Below are positions 39,026 through 48,052 of a DNA stretch of 64,000 bases, one piece after another. Below the pieces are notes generated by a model. The model was not told the origin of the DNA and ran no database searches. It saw only the letters and a list, made by a program, of their open reading frames with translations. Source of the stretch: Abditibacterium sp. (GTDB lineage Bacteria > Armatimonadota > Abditibacteriia > Abditibacteriales > Abditibacteriaceae); assembly GCA_965199495.1 (NCBI GenBank), contig CBDASK010000003.1, forward strand, positions 3,168,001 through 3,232,000. Reading direction: 5' to 3'. Each line of letters opens with the position of its first letter. Position 1 is the stretch's first letter. The translations under genes and the position numbers were made by a program.

Positions 39026-41086
39026 CTATTTACCCGAACGAATTTGATACATCCGCGTGCCGACATCGCGGACGGCGGCGCGCAGTTCGGGGTAGGGATT
39101 GTTGGTGTTATCGAACAGTCCGTCCTCATAATTTTCGCCATCGGCGCGCCCGGTGATGGCTTGCGGACAATAGGCGAACCAGTGCGCACCGACGATATAA
39201 GGGTTTTTCAGCGCGCCCTCGACGTAGAACCGATACTTCTCGGCGCGGTCGTTTTGATCCGACGCCGATTGCAAACCCGTTCCAAACGTTCCTCGGTCGA
39301 GCGAACCGAAATGAAATTCGGACGCGATGACGGGTTTATCTACGTCGTCGGCACGAAAATCGCTGATGTCGGAGCGATATAAATTGAAGCTCAGCACGTC
39401 GCAATATTTGCCCGCGCAGCGCACCGAAATCGAGTTGGAAACGTGCATGCGCGAACCCAAATACAGTTTGCCGGGCGCGTATTTATGCAACGCATCGGCG
39501 CAGGTCTTGAAGTAAATATCGCCATAACTTTCGTAAAACGCTTCACTTTCGGCCTTGACGCCGAATAAATCGAAGCCTTTGCGATTAGCAGCCACGGCGT
39601 CCCAGTCGGCGAAGTTTTGGCCGGTCGCGCGATTGAAATCGGCGATGTCAGGCATTTTTGCGCGCAACGTTTTAATCCATTCGATTTTGGTGTAAACGTT
39701 TGGATCGGCTTTCATCACGTTTGACATGAAGCCCAACGCGTTGCCGGGCCAAGCCATTTCGTTGTGAACGAAAAAGCCGATGCACCACGGATCATTGGCG
39801 TATTTGGCGACGCCGTCTTTGATGCTGTTGCTGAAATTTACAACGAAATCGGGATTGTAAACGTCCCAGTTGGTCTCGCCGTCAAAGGTCGGCGACCACG
39901 GCCACAGCGACGCGGTGAACGGCGTTACGTCCATCTCCTGAATGTCGGCGCTGCTCCAGTTGCCGATGGTATTCATGCCCCAACTGTGCAAACGTTGATG
40001 CGTCAAATCGCGATTGAAATTTTCCCAATTCGCGCCATATTGCCGCTCCATATTCCACGCCAAAAAGTTCGCGTCGCGCGGCGCATCCGGCTTGTCGCCG
40101 CCCGACCAAACGCCTTTTAAATCGCGCGGTGGCAGTTCCTCAAAGAAATTTTCGCGCCCGGTCACGCGCGTGCCCGCCGAATCAATGCCGACGCTGTTTG
40201 GCCCGTGCGACCAGAACAAATGGCCATCGGGGTCAACGATCCACCATTTGCCGTCGCGCTTAACCGTGCCCCAATTCCCGTTGGCTACAAGTTGTGGCCC
40301 GGTTTTCCAGCCGCCAAACCGATCCCACGACGCGGGCATCGGATGCGCTTTCAAATCGCGCGCCTCAGCGCGGGCGTTGGCTTTGAGTTGCGCGTCGCTT
40401 TTCACTTTGCCCGGCCAATTCGCCCAGCGATATTGGCCGTATCGGTCAACGAACGGAAAAAACGCGGCGCCTTTTTCCCGCAAAATCGCGGGCACAATCG
40501 GGTGTGTCGCGCGAATCGAGAAAACCTGCAATTGTTGTGGTTTGCTTTGTCCGCCGACGATTTCGATTTGCAAAGCGCGCACATCGCGGGCATCGAGCGC
40601 GTGCCAGTGACTGAGCAAACCGCCGGGCAAACCGCTCATGCCGATGAACGGTTTGAGTTCGGGATATTGATCGCGCACGTTATATTGGCGCGGAATCAAC
40701 AAATTAAAAATTTTGCGTTGGCCCGGCGCCAGAAAGCCGGTGTCAATGGCTGAATTGCCCCAATCGGTCGCGCCGTCGTTGTCGGCGCGCACGCGAATTT
40801 GCATCTTTTGCGTGCCGACGTTGGCGACATCGAATTCCAAACGCGTGAAATCGCCGATGTCCCAATTCTTGGTGGTCGGTCGCAATGTCCTCGAAGCGCC
40901 CGCTCCGGGCGGTGCGTTTAAGACGAGTTTTCCAGTTTTTTCGCTGGTGCGGAAATCGAAGAGCGTTACGGAATCGTTTGTTCTAACCTTGATGGGCGCC
41001 GTGGCTGGTTGGGCCAAACAGTTGTTGGCGAGCAATGGCAGACTTAAAAGTGAAAGCGCCAGCGCGCTGGTTAAATGATGTTTCAT
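39026..41086 (-). CDS. GH50 beta-agarase-like glycoside hydrolase, secreted
   Basis: Own signal peptide MKHHLTSALAL...CLA; FVDRYGQY...WPGKV, DRFGGW, WWIVDPDG, NTIGNWS, VHNE, SEFHFG, GRADGENY. Confidence 0.88.
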   Translation of the reverse strand: MKHHLTSALALSLLSLPLLANNCLAQPATAPIKVRTNDSVTLFDFRTSEKTGKLVLNAPPGAGASRTLRPTTKNWDIGDFTRLEFDVANVGTQKMQIRVRADNDGATDWGNSAIDTGFLAPGQRKIFNLLIPRQYNVRDQYPELKPFIGMSGLPGGLLSHWHALDARDVRALQIEIVGGQSKPQQLQVFSIRATHPIVPAILREKGAAFFPFVDRYGQYRWANWPGKVKSDAQLKANARAEARDLKAHPMPASWDRFGGWKTGPQLVANGNWGTVKRDGKWWIVDPDGHLFWSHGPNSVGIDSAGTRVTGRENFFEELPPRDLKGVWSGGDKPDAPRDANFLAWNMERQYGANWENFNRDLTHQRLHSWGMNTIGNWSSADIQEMDVTPFTASLWPWSPTFDGETNWDVYNPDFVVNFSNSIKDGVAKYANDPWCIGFFVHNEMAWPGNALGFMSNVMKADPNVYTKIEWIKTLRAKMPDIADFNRATGQNFADWDAVAANRKGFDLFGVKAESEAFYESYGDIYFKTCADALHKYAPGKLYLGSRMHVSNSISVRCAGKYCDVLSFNLYRSDISDFRADDVDKPVIASEFHFGSLDRGTFGTGLQSASDQNDRAEKYRFYVEGALKNPYIVGAHWFAYCPQAITGRADGENYEDGLFDNTNNPYPELRAAVRDVGTRMYQIRSGK

Positions 41087-42553
41087 AATGCTCGTTGTGT
41101 TAAGTGGTCGGCAAAAAAGAGAATCAATAAAAATCGATTGTGACCAGCGCATTTTGCCCGTCAACATCAACAGCTTGCCTCCACGAAGCGGCAATTGCAA
41201 AAGGGAACTGGGCAAAAACCCGCGCTCCAAATGGGTTTGATTTCCAATTCGCGCGCCGCCAAAAGTCGCCACGAAAATCTGATTCCAGCCATCAACGCGC
41301 TTCAAATACGCGATCTGTTTTCCGTCCGGCGAGAACACGCAGGCCAACGCCAACGGCACATTTTCGCCCATCGCGCGCGGCGTCACGCGCTGGCTTTTTC
41401 CGTTTTCGCTGTCCACGACAAATACGCTATCATCCGCAACGTAAGTGAGTGATTTGCCTTCGGAATCCCACGTAAACGCCGAAGCCACGCCCCAATTGTC
41501 GCGCGTGATTTGTCGCATTGCGCCGCCCCTCGGTGAAATCGTATGAATTTGCGCGACGCCGTTATCGTCGCGCATCAAAAACGCGATTTGCTCGCCGTCG
41601 GGCGAACTCCGCAACCAATGGCGCGGCCCCGCAATACCGGGAAATTTCCGATTTTCTGTTCGCGTCAAACGGCGTTGCGTTGTGCCCAACGGCGGCGTTG
41701 GCCGTTTGGTCAGCGTGCCCGCGAGCGGCCCGTCGAGTGAAGGGCGCGTCACATCGTTCGGCAAATCGGCGACGAAAACTTCGCTGATTTTCTCACCTTT
41801 TTCGGTCGTTACTTCGCCCTGAAACGCGAGCGCGTGTTTTTGGCGCGTGCCATCGGCGCGCAGGTAACCGTTTGCACCGATCCAACTCTCTTCAAACGCG
41901 CGCCCGATTTCATCAGAGCCGCGCCGTGGCTGGTTGACGGAGCGCGTCGCCAGCACGGTGAAAAAAGCGCCGTCGTGATTGCGCGCGTTATCAGCAGCCA
42001 CGCGCACCGGGCCGATAGGAACACTGACGCCGAGGTTGCGCTGGTCAACGTCGCTGCCGTTGACCGATTCAGCGCCCAGCAACGCATCGTTGTAGGTAAA
42101 GCTGAGCCAATCGCCGCGCGCGTCCCAGATATGAACGTGCGAGCCGCCGCGCAGAGCGCCCGGCGTGAATGGCGGCGTCAAATCGCGCGCATCCAGATGA
42201 ATCGCGCGGTTTGGGCGCGCCGTTTCGACAATAACGCCCTGACGATGCGCGGCGCCATATTGCCAGTCGGGCGTCGGGTTTTTCGGGCCTAAAATAAAAG
42301 CGATGCGCCAATGCTGCGGATCGAAACTGGCGACGCCACAATGCGCGCCGTTTTGCGATTGGTAAAGACGCCGCACCTCGCCGCTTTGCGCGTTCACCAT
42401 TTCGATGCAATCGCCATCGAAAACTGCGCCTTCGGCGTCGGAGCGCACGTCGTAAACCAACCACTTCCCGTCGGGCGACCAGACGTTGGCGTTGGTAAGA
42501 ATATGGCCGTGCGGCGCGAAAGTAATCTGTTTTTCGATGGGCTTTTCCTTCAA
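41087..42553 (-). CDS. DUF3748/YidR family beta-propeller protein (no stop codon before the GH50 gene)
   Basis: HILTNANVWSPDG.WLVYDVR, LDARD, PGALRGGSHVH, SFTYND, GPRHWLRSSPDG; reads in frame into GH50. Confidence 0.85.
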
Positions 42554-42607
42554 ATAAAATTAGAATGGGAAACGTTGGTTGACTCGGTTAAAATTTAGGG
42601 TTCAACT

Positions 42608-43360
42608 ATGGCAACTTATCAACAATGTCTTTCGCACTGGTGCATCTCCAAAGCCTCCGACGACGATTTCAAAAAACTCTACGAAATGGGTTTTCGCGGC
42701 GTCGAGTTGGCGCCGCCCGAAACGTGGGATAAATTCCGCGACATGGGATTTTCCATCGTGACGACGGGCGGCCACAAATCCATTGATAAAGGTTTGAACA
42801 ATCCCGCCGATCACGCGCGCATCCTTGACGAAATTCGCGCCAATCTGGAATTGGCTGTCCAATACGAAATTCCCAATCTCATCGTGTTTTCCGGGCGTCG
42901 CGATGGAATGTCGGACGAGCAGGGCATGGCCAACTGCGTCGAGGGTTTGAATTTGGTCAAAGCCGATGCCGAAAAAGCGGGCGTGACCTTGATTATGGAA
43001 TTGCTCAATTCCAAAGTTGACCACAAAGATTATCAATGCGACAAAACCGCGTGGGGCGTCGAAATGGTGAAGCAAGTCAACTCGCCGCGCGTGAAACTGC
43101 TCTACGACATTTATCATATGCAGATCATGGAAGGCGATTTGATTCGCAACATCCGCGATTATATCGAGCATTTCGGCCACATCCATACGGCGGGCAATCC
43201 GGGCCGCCACGATTTGGACGACCAACAGGAAATCTATTATCCCGCCGTGGCTGCTGCCATCGAAGCGACCGGCTACAACGGCTGGGTCGGCCACGAATTT
43301 ATTCCTAAAGGCGAAATTTTGCCCGCGTTGCAACAGGCGTTCGATATTTTCAACGTTTAA
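42608..43360 (+). CDS. Hydroxypyruvate isomerase family TIM-barrel protein
   Basis: ELLNSKVDH.DY, LLYDIYHMQIMEGD, HTAGNPGRH, GHEF. Confidence 0.9.
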   Translation: MATYQQCLSHWCISKASDDDFKKLYEMGFRGVELAPPETWDKFRDMGFSIVTTGGHKSIDKGLNNPADHARILDEIRANLELAVQYEIPNLIVFSGRRDGMSDEQGMANCVEGLNLVKADAEKAGVTLIMELLNSKVDHKDYQCDKTAWGVEMVKQVNSPRVKLLYDIYHMQIMEGDLIRNIRDYIEHFGHIHTAGNPGRHDLDDQQEIYYPAVAAAIEATGYNGWVGHEFIPKGEILPALQQAFDIFNV

Positions 43361-43364
43361 ATTC

Positions 43365-43513
43365 AGCCACAGAAGCCACAGAGAACGCGCAGAGGGGCAC
43401 AGAGAAAGACGAAGAAATTAAATTGAAGAACTCTTTTTATAGTTTTCTTTTACAAATAAATTTCTTTGTCTTTCTCTGTGCCCCTCTGCGCGTTCTCTGT
43501 GGCTTCTGTGGCT
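43365..43513. repeat. Long inverted repeat (CACAGAG family) between convergent genes
   Basis: AGCCACAGAAGCCACAGAGAACGCGCAGAGGGGCACAGAGAAAGAC ... reverse complement. Confidence 0.9.
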
Positions 43514-43517
43514 CCAA

Positions 43518-43994
43518 TTATTCTTCGTTTTTGCCGATTTGCAAAATCTCGAATTTGACGATGCCGTTTGGCCCTTCGACTTCAGCTATGTCGCCGACTT
43601 TCTTTTCCAGCAAAGCCTGTCCAATCGGCGATTCTTCCGACGCGGCGCCTTCGGTGAATTCCAATTCTTCCGAGGCGACGATTGTATAAAAACGGGTTTT
43701 GCCGTTTTCCAGGTTTTTGACTTCGACGGGCACGCCGAGCATCACTTCGTCGAAGGTCGGATTGTCCACGATAATGGCGTCTTCCAAGCGTTCTTCGAGG
43801 TTGGAAATGCGCGCTTCGAGCATGCCCTGCGTTTCGCGCGCGGCGTGATAACCGGCGTTTTCTTTCAGGTCGCCCAGTTCACGCGCCTCTTTGATTTCTT
43901 GGCGAATAATGACGCGTTGCGCTTTCAAATCTTCTAATTCGGCCTGTAAACGGTCGTGACCCTCGCGGGTAAATTGTGCTTGAACAGATGACAT
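43518..43994 (-). CDS. greA: Transcription elongation factor GreA
   Basis: ARELGDLKENAGYHAARE.Q..LEARI, SPIGQALL..KVGD. Confidence 0.95.
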   Translation of the reverse strand: MSSVQAQFTREGHDRLQAELEDLKAQRVIIRQEIKEARELGDLKENAGYHAARETQGMLEARISNLEERLEDAIIVDNPTFDEVMLGVPVEVKNLENGKTRFYTIVASEELEFTEGAASEESPIGQALLEKKVGDIAEVEGPNGIVKFEILQIGKNEE

Positions 43995-44336
43995 AAATAA
44001 AGCTCCTTTCAATTGAGTTGACAAAGTGTATCAAGGGAGCGACGTTTAAGGCGGAGATTCCCGATGGCCCAACTTTTGCCTTTATCTTTGGGACTTTGGT
44101 CTTTGCGCTATTGCCATTTGTTCGCGATTATGAGAAGCTGTTGGGCACGCGGTTTTCGAGCGCGTTCAAGCCAAAATTTTGGCAAATCGAAAATTCATTT
44201 CCAAAATGGGCATTTGATTTGCGAACCCTTGGTTTTGAAGTTTGGTGCAACGTTGAGTTTTTACTTTAGCGTTTGTGCCTTTCGATAAATCTCGAAAACG
44301 TCGCACCAATTCTTGCTTAGGGGAGGTGAATTAATA

Positions 44337-44573
44337 ATGCGTAAAATCATTCTCGGTATTGCTCTGGTTGGCGCCATGACGGCAGCCGCCGTTGTCGCCC
44401 CCAAAGCGGCTCAGGCTCAGGACTACCCCAACGTAACCAGCATCACGCCGTTCACGGCGGAGGCCAATTATATGTCCAAGCCCGGCTACCTGCGTTACCG
44501 CAACTACGTCAACACGAACAACTGGATCTCTTACGAAGAGGCCGCTCGTATCGTCGCAGAACAGGGTGGTTGA
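44337..44573 (+). CDS. Small secreted hypothetical protein
   Basis: GGAGGTG RBS, signal peptide ending AQAQ, highly-expressed-type codons, own terminator. Confidence 0.85.
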   Translation: MRKIILGIALVGAMTAAAVVAPKAAQAQDYPNVTSITPFTAEANYMSKPGYLRYRNYVNTNNWISYEEAARIVAEQGG

Positions 44574-44588
44574 TAAATCCAACCATCA

Positions 44589-44630
44589 AAAATCCGTTCT
44601 CCTTTTCATTAAGGAGAACGGATTTTTTTT
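44589..44630 (+). terminator. Intrinsic terminator
   Basis: AAAATCCGTTCTCCTT-TTCATT-AAGGAGAACGGATTTTTTTT. Confidence 0.85.
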
Positions 44631-44843
44631 GCTTTACATAACATTACGTTAAGCGCGCTCGCGCTTGCGCCACGCGCGACTTTTGCGATTAAAAACAGTC
44701 GAAATTCCGCTCGCCAGTTTTGGTTCGATAAGTCGCCCAAATTTCTGGCTCTGTCAGACTTTCTTTCCTCAAACTTTGCCGATTTGCTGGCGTCCTCTAT
44801 TTTCGCGTTCGCGCTCAAAGCAAAGTTAAAGGTTATTCTTGTT

Positions 44844-47510
44844 GTGAATCTATTTTCCACTCCTCATCGCTCTCGGCAACAATTCATGGTTGCATTTTCC
44901 ACTCTATCGCTCGGCCTCGCGTTCGCGGGCGCCGTGCAGGCTCAGCCAACTTTGCCGACATTGCCGCCGCCCAATGCAACGCCGCCCGTTGCGATTCCTG
45001 CGACGCCGCCAATCGCGACTCCGCCCTCAACAGCAGCCACGGCGCCGGTTTCTGTGCCCGCGCCCGCGACTTCAACCGCGACGCTTGACCGCGCGGCGGT
45101 GGCTGCTGTCGCCGACCCCAACGCGATTTCGATTAACATTGATGGGCGCAACGTCTTTTCCGATCCGCCGCCGCTCTTGCAAAAGGGTCGCACCTTCGTG
45201 CCCCTGCGCGGCGTTTTGGAAAATTTGGGCGCCAAAGTGGATTACATCGCCGCCGAAAAGCGCGTGAATATCGCGCGCGGCCCGCAAAACGTGCAACTGT
45301 TTCTGGGCACCACGCGCGCCGTTTTGGATGGCCGCGATGTCGAAGTCGAAAAACCGCTGTTGATTAACGGGCGTGCTTTCGTGCCATTGCGCGCGGTTTC
45401 CGAACTATTCGGCCTCAAGGTCGCGTGGCTGGCGCCGACGCGCACCGTCGCGATTTATACCGGCGCGCCGACCGCCAAACCGCTCAACGCGCGCGCTGAA
45501 CTCAAAGCCGCCGGGCCGTTCGGTTTAACGATTGATTTCACGCAATATCCGGTCGAACAAATTCCATCTTTGCTCGACAGCGCCAAAGCGGCGGGCGTTG
45601 GCTTGGTCAAATTTCGCTTCGATTGGGGCACGCTCGAACCGACCAAAGGCGCCGAATTCGACTGGACTCTTTACGACACCGTTTTACGCGAAGCGCGCGC
45701 GCGGGGTCTGCGCGTCGTGGGCATTCTGGGCGATACCGCGCCGTGGGCTTCGGTTTCGAGTTCGACTTTCGGCGGCGACCAACGCCAAAGCCCGCCGCGT
45801 CCCGACGCGCTCGATAGTTGGACGAACTACGTGCGCCGCACCATCGGGCGCTACGGCAACGATGTGTTGGCGTGGCAGGTCTGGGAAAATCCGAACTCGG
45901 CCAACTTCCGTTCGGTGGACAAAAACTATCGCAAACTGGCGCGCTTGGCGATTGATGAGGCGCGCAAAGAGAATCCGAATCTGATTATTTACATCAACGA
46001 TCCGGGCGGCGTTGATCTGGACACAATTCGCGGTTATAACGCCAACGGATTGACGAGCGTGGCCGATGGCATCGGGATTTACCCGAATTCGCTTTATCAG
46101 GCTTTGGCGCCCGCGCCCGCCGAAGCGTTTTTGCGGCCCTACGCGCGCCTGACGACCGCGCTGACTTTGCCCGATGGCAAGACGCGCGATTACTGGGTCG
46201 GCGGCGTTTCGCGCCCGGTCGCTCTGCCGTTTCCCGACGCCAAACCGACCGACGACGGCAAACGCGCACTGGAAATCTTCACGCCCGTCGCGCAGGCCGA
46301 CTATTTGGTCAAGGCGATGACGCTGGGGCTGGCGGCGGGCAGCGACAAAGTTTTCTACGATCAACTGCGCGATGTGCCCGACGCGCGTATGAACGCCACG
46401 CTCGAATCGAGGCCGCCTTTGGTCGCGACCGCCGACCCGGCGGTGACGCAGGTGCCCACCGATCCCACGACGTTGGCGATGACGCCACAAATCGCGACCG
46501 CGACTTCGGCGCGCGTCAGTGCGCCGCGCGAGGGCGTGGTGCAGGACAACGGTTTGCAGCGCGCCGACGGCACGCCGCGCCCCGGTTTCGCGGCCTTGGC
46601 TAATTTGACGGCGAATCTCAAAGATAAACCTTACCTCGGCAACTTGAGTTTCAATAACGATTTGGTCGCGCTGTTATTTGATAACACGCAAAATGGCGTT
46701 TTGGTGGCGTGGTCTCCCAAGGGCGAAGCGACCCTCGCCCTCAACAGTTCGGGCGCGACGGTAGATTTGCCGGGCGGTCAGTTCGTGGCTACGCGGCCCG
46801 ATTCGTTGGTCACCGACGCAGTTGGCAACATCGTCTCGCCGCCCGATGGCGTGATTAAAATCGGTGAGCGGCCCATTTTTATCACCAACGTGGCCTCGAA
46901 AACGGCGGAAGCGGCGATCAAACGTCCGCTTGGCGCGGCGTTGCAGTTGCAAAATCCGACGCCCTACGCCGATGCTACAACCGTGCAAACGCAACTCAGC
47001 CCCGATGGCGTCGAGGACGGCATTTTCTGGCGCAAATACGCCTCGTTTGGCTCGGTCGCTGATGCGTTCGTCACTCGCGATGGGCGCAAGGGTTTGACCA
47101 CGCAACCTCAACGCGACATCTTCGATTTGAAGTCGCAAAAGCCGTTCATTTACCTCGATATCGCCGACGATTTTCTTTACGATGCGCCCGGCGTGCCGGT
47201 GACTCTGAGCGTCGAAGTTTATGGCGCGCCTTTGTCCGACCCGACCAAGGCGCTGGGTTTTCGCGTGGAATATAACAGCAGTTCGGGCAATCGCTCGTTG
47301 CCGTGGCAACCTCTGGTGCCGGGCAGTGGCTGGCAGACGTTCCAAATTCTGCTGCCCGATGCGCAATTCGCCAATGCGGGCGGCTACGATATTCTGTTCA
47401 ACGTCGGTGCTTCGGCGACGGGCGTCACGTTCGGCAACATTTCGCTGACGCGCGGCACACCAGCCACGGCGGCAACGCCCGCGATTGCTGCGCCGATTGT
47501 AGCGCCGTAA
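44844..47510 (+). CDS. Secreted protein: copper-amine-oxidase-N domain plus clan-A (GH39/GH5-like) TIM barrel plus beta-sandwich
   Basis: Signal peptide, Pro/Ala/Thr linker, GRTFVPLR/GRAFVPLR repeats, RFDW..LEP.KG.FDW..YD; catalytic motifs altered; start uncertain. Confidence 0.85.
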   Translation: MNLFSTPHRSRQQFMVAFSTLSLGLAFAGAVQAQPTLPTLPPPNATPPVAIPATPPIATPPSTAATAPVSVPAPATSTATLDRAAVAAVADPNAISINIDGRNVFSDPPPLLQKGRTFVPLRGVLENLGAKVDYIAAEKRVNIARGPQNVQLFLGTTRAVLDGRDVEVEKPLLINGRAFVPLRAVSELFGLKVAWLAPTRTVAIYTGAPTAKPLNARAELKAAGPFGLTIDFTQYPVEQIPSLLDSAKAAGVGLVKFRFDWGTLEPTKGAEFDWTLYDTVLREARARGLRVVGILGDTAPWASVSSSTFGGDQRQSPPRPDALDSWTNYVRRTIGRYGNDVLAWQVWENPNSANFRSVDKNYRKLARLAIDEARKENPNLIIYINDPGGVDLDTIRGYNANGLTSVADGIGIYPNSLYQALAPAPAEAFLRPYARLTTALTLPDGKTRDYWVGGVSRPVALPFPDAKPTDDGKRALEIFTPVAQADYLVKAMTLGLAAGSDKVFYDQLRDVPDARMNATLESRPPLVATADPAVTQVPTDPTTLAMTPQIATATSARVSAPREGVVQDNGLQRADGTPRPGFAALANLTANLKDKPYLGNLSFNNDLVALLFDNTQNGVLVAWSPKGEATLALNSSGATVDLPGGQFVATRPDSLVTDAVGNIVSPPDGVIKIGERPIFITNVASKTAEAAIKRPLGAALQLQNPTPYADATTVQTQLSPDGVEDGIFWRKYASFGSVADAFVTRDGRKGLTTQPQRDIFDLKSQKPFIYLDIADDFLYDAPGVPVTLSVEVYGAPLSDPTKALGFRVEYNSSSGNRSLPWQPLVPGSGWQTFQILLPDAQFANAGGYDILFNVGASATGVTFGNISLTRGTPATAATPAIAAPIVAP

Positions 47511-47532
47511 GTCAGTAAAGATTGAAATGCAA

Positions 47533-47575
47533 AAGCGACGTGGCTCTTCTTGAGAGCCACGTCGCTTGCTTTTTT
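47533..47575 (+). terminator. Intrinsic terminator built from an inverted pair of the CGTGGCT motif core
   Basis: AAGCGACGTGGCTCT-TCTTG-AGAGCCACGTCGCTT-GCTTTTTT. Confidence 0.8.
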
Positions 47576-47760
47576 ACGTTGTGTCAAATAATAAGCCCCA
47601 TCTGACTAATCACAACAAACCGAATCAAAAGGAAACTTTCTTTTGGATTCTCAGTCAAACTTCGCCAGTTCCCGACAAACCTTATGGAACCGGAATTTTC
47701 GAGCTGAAGACTATTCAGCAAAAAAATTAAAGTTATTGGGCAAAAAGTTCTTGACAACGC

Positions 47761-47789
47761 TTTACAAGGCGCGCCAAAGGATGTAAAAT
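47761..47789 (+). promoter_or_regulatory. sigma70 promoter of the SLH/porin gene
   Basis: TTTACA-17-TAAAAT, with TTGACA just upstream at 47751. Confidence 0.6.
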
Positions 47790-48052
47790 GCCCGCGAACA
47801 TTGCTTTTTCAAGGCTTACTTTGATAGTGAAAGATAGCGAGAAAGCGTGAACACGAAACGACCGCAAATGGATGGACGTTTCGAGATTTGAAACTTCAAG
47901 TCGCGACAAATTGATTGCTGGCTTCCCCGGAGGCAACATGGATACTCCGCATCCGGCTCGCAATTGGTGATTCGCTGCTTTGGGTTTTTCTTTTCGAGAT
48001 GAAAAAATGTTTGCGTCGTAATTCAAAAGGGAGCTTTTACTCACAAACACAC

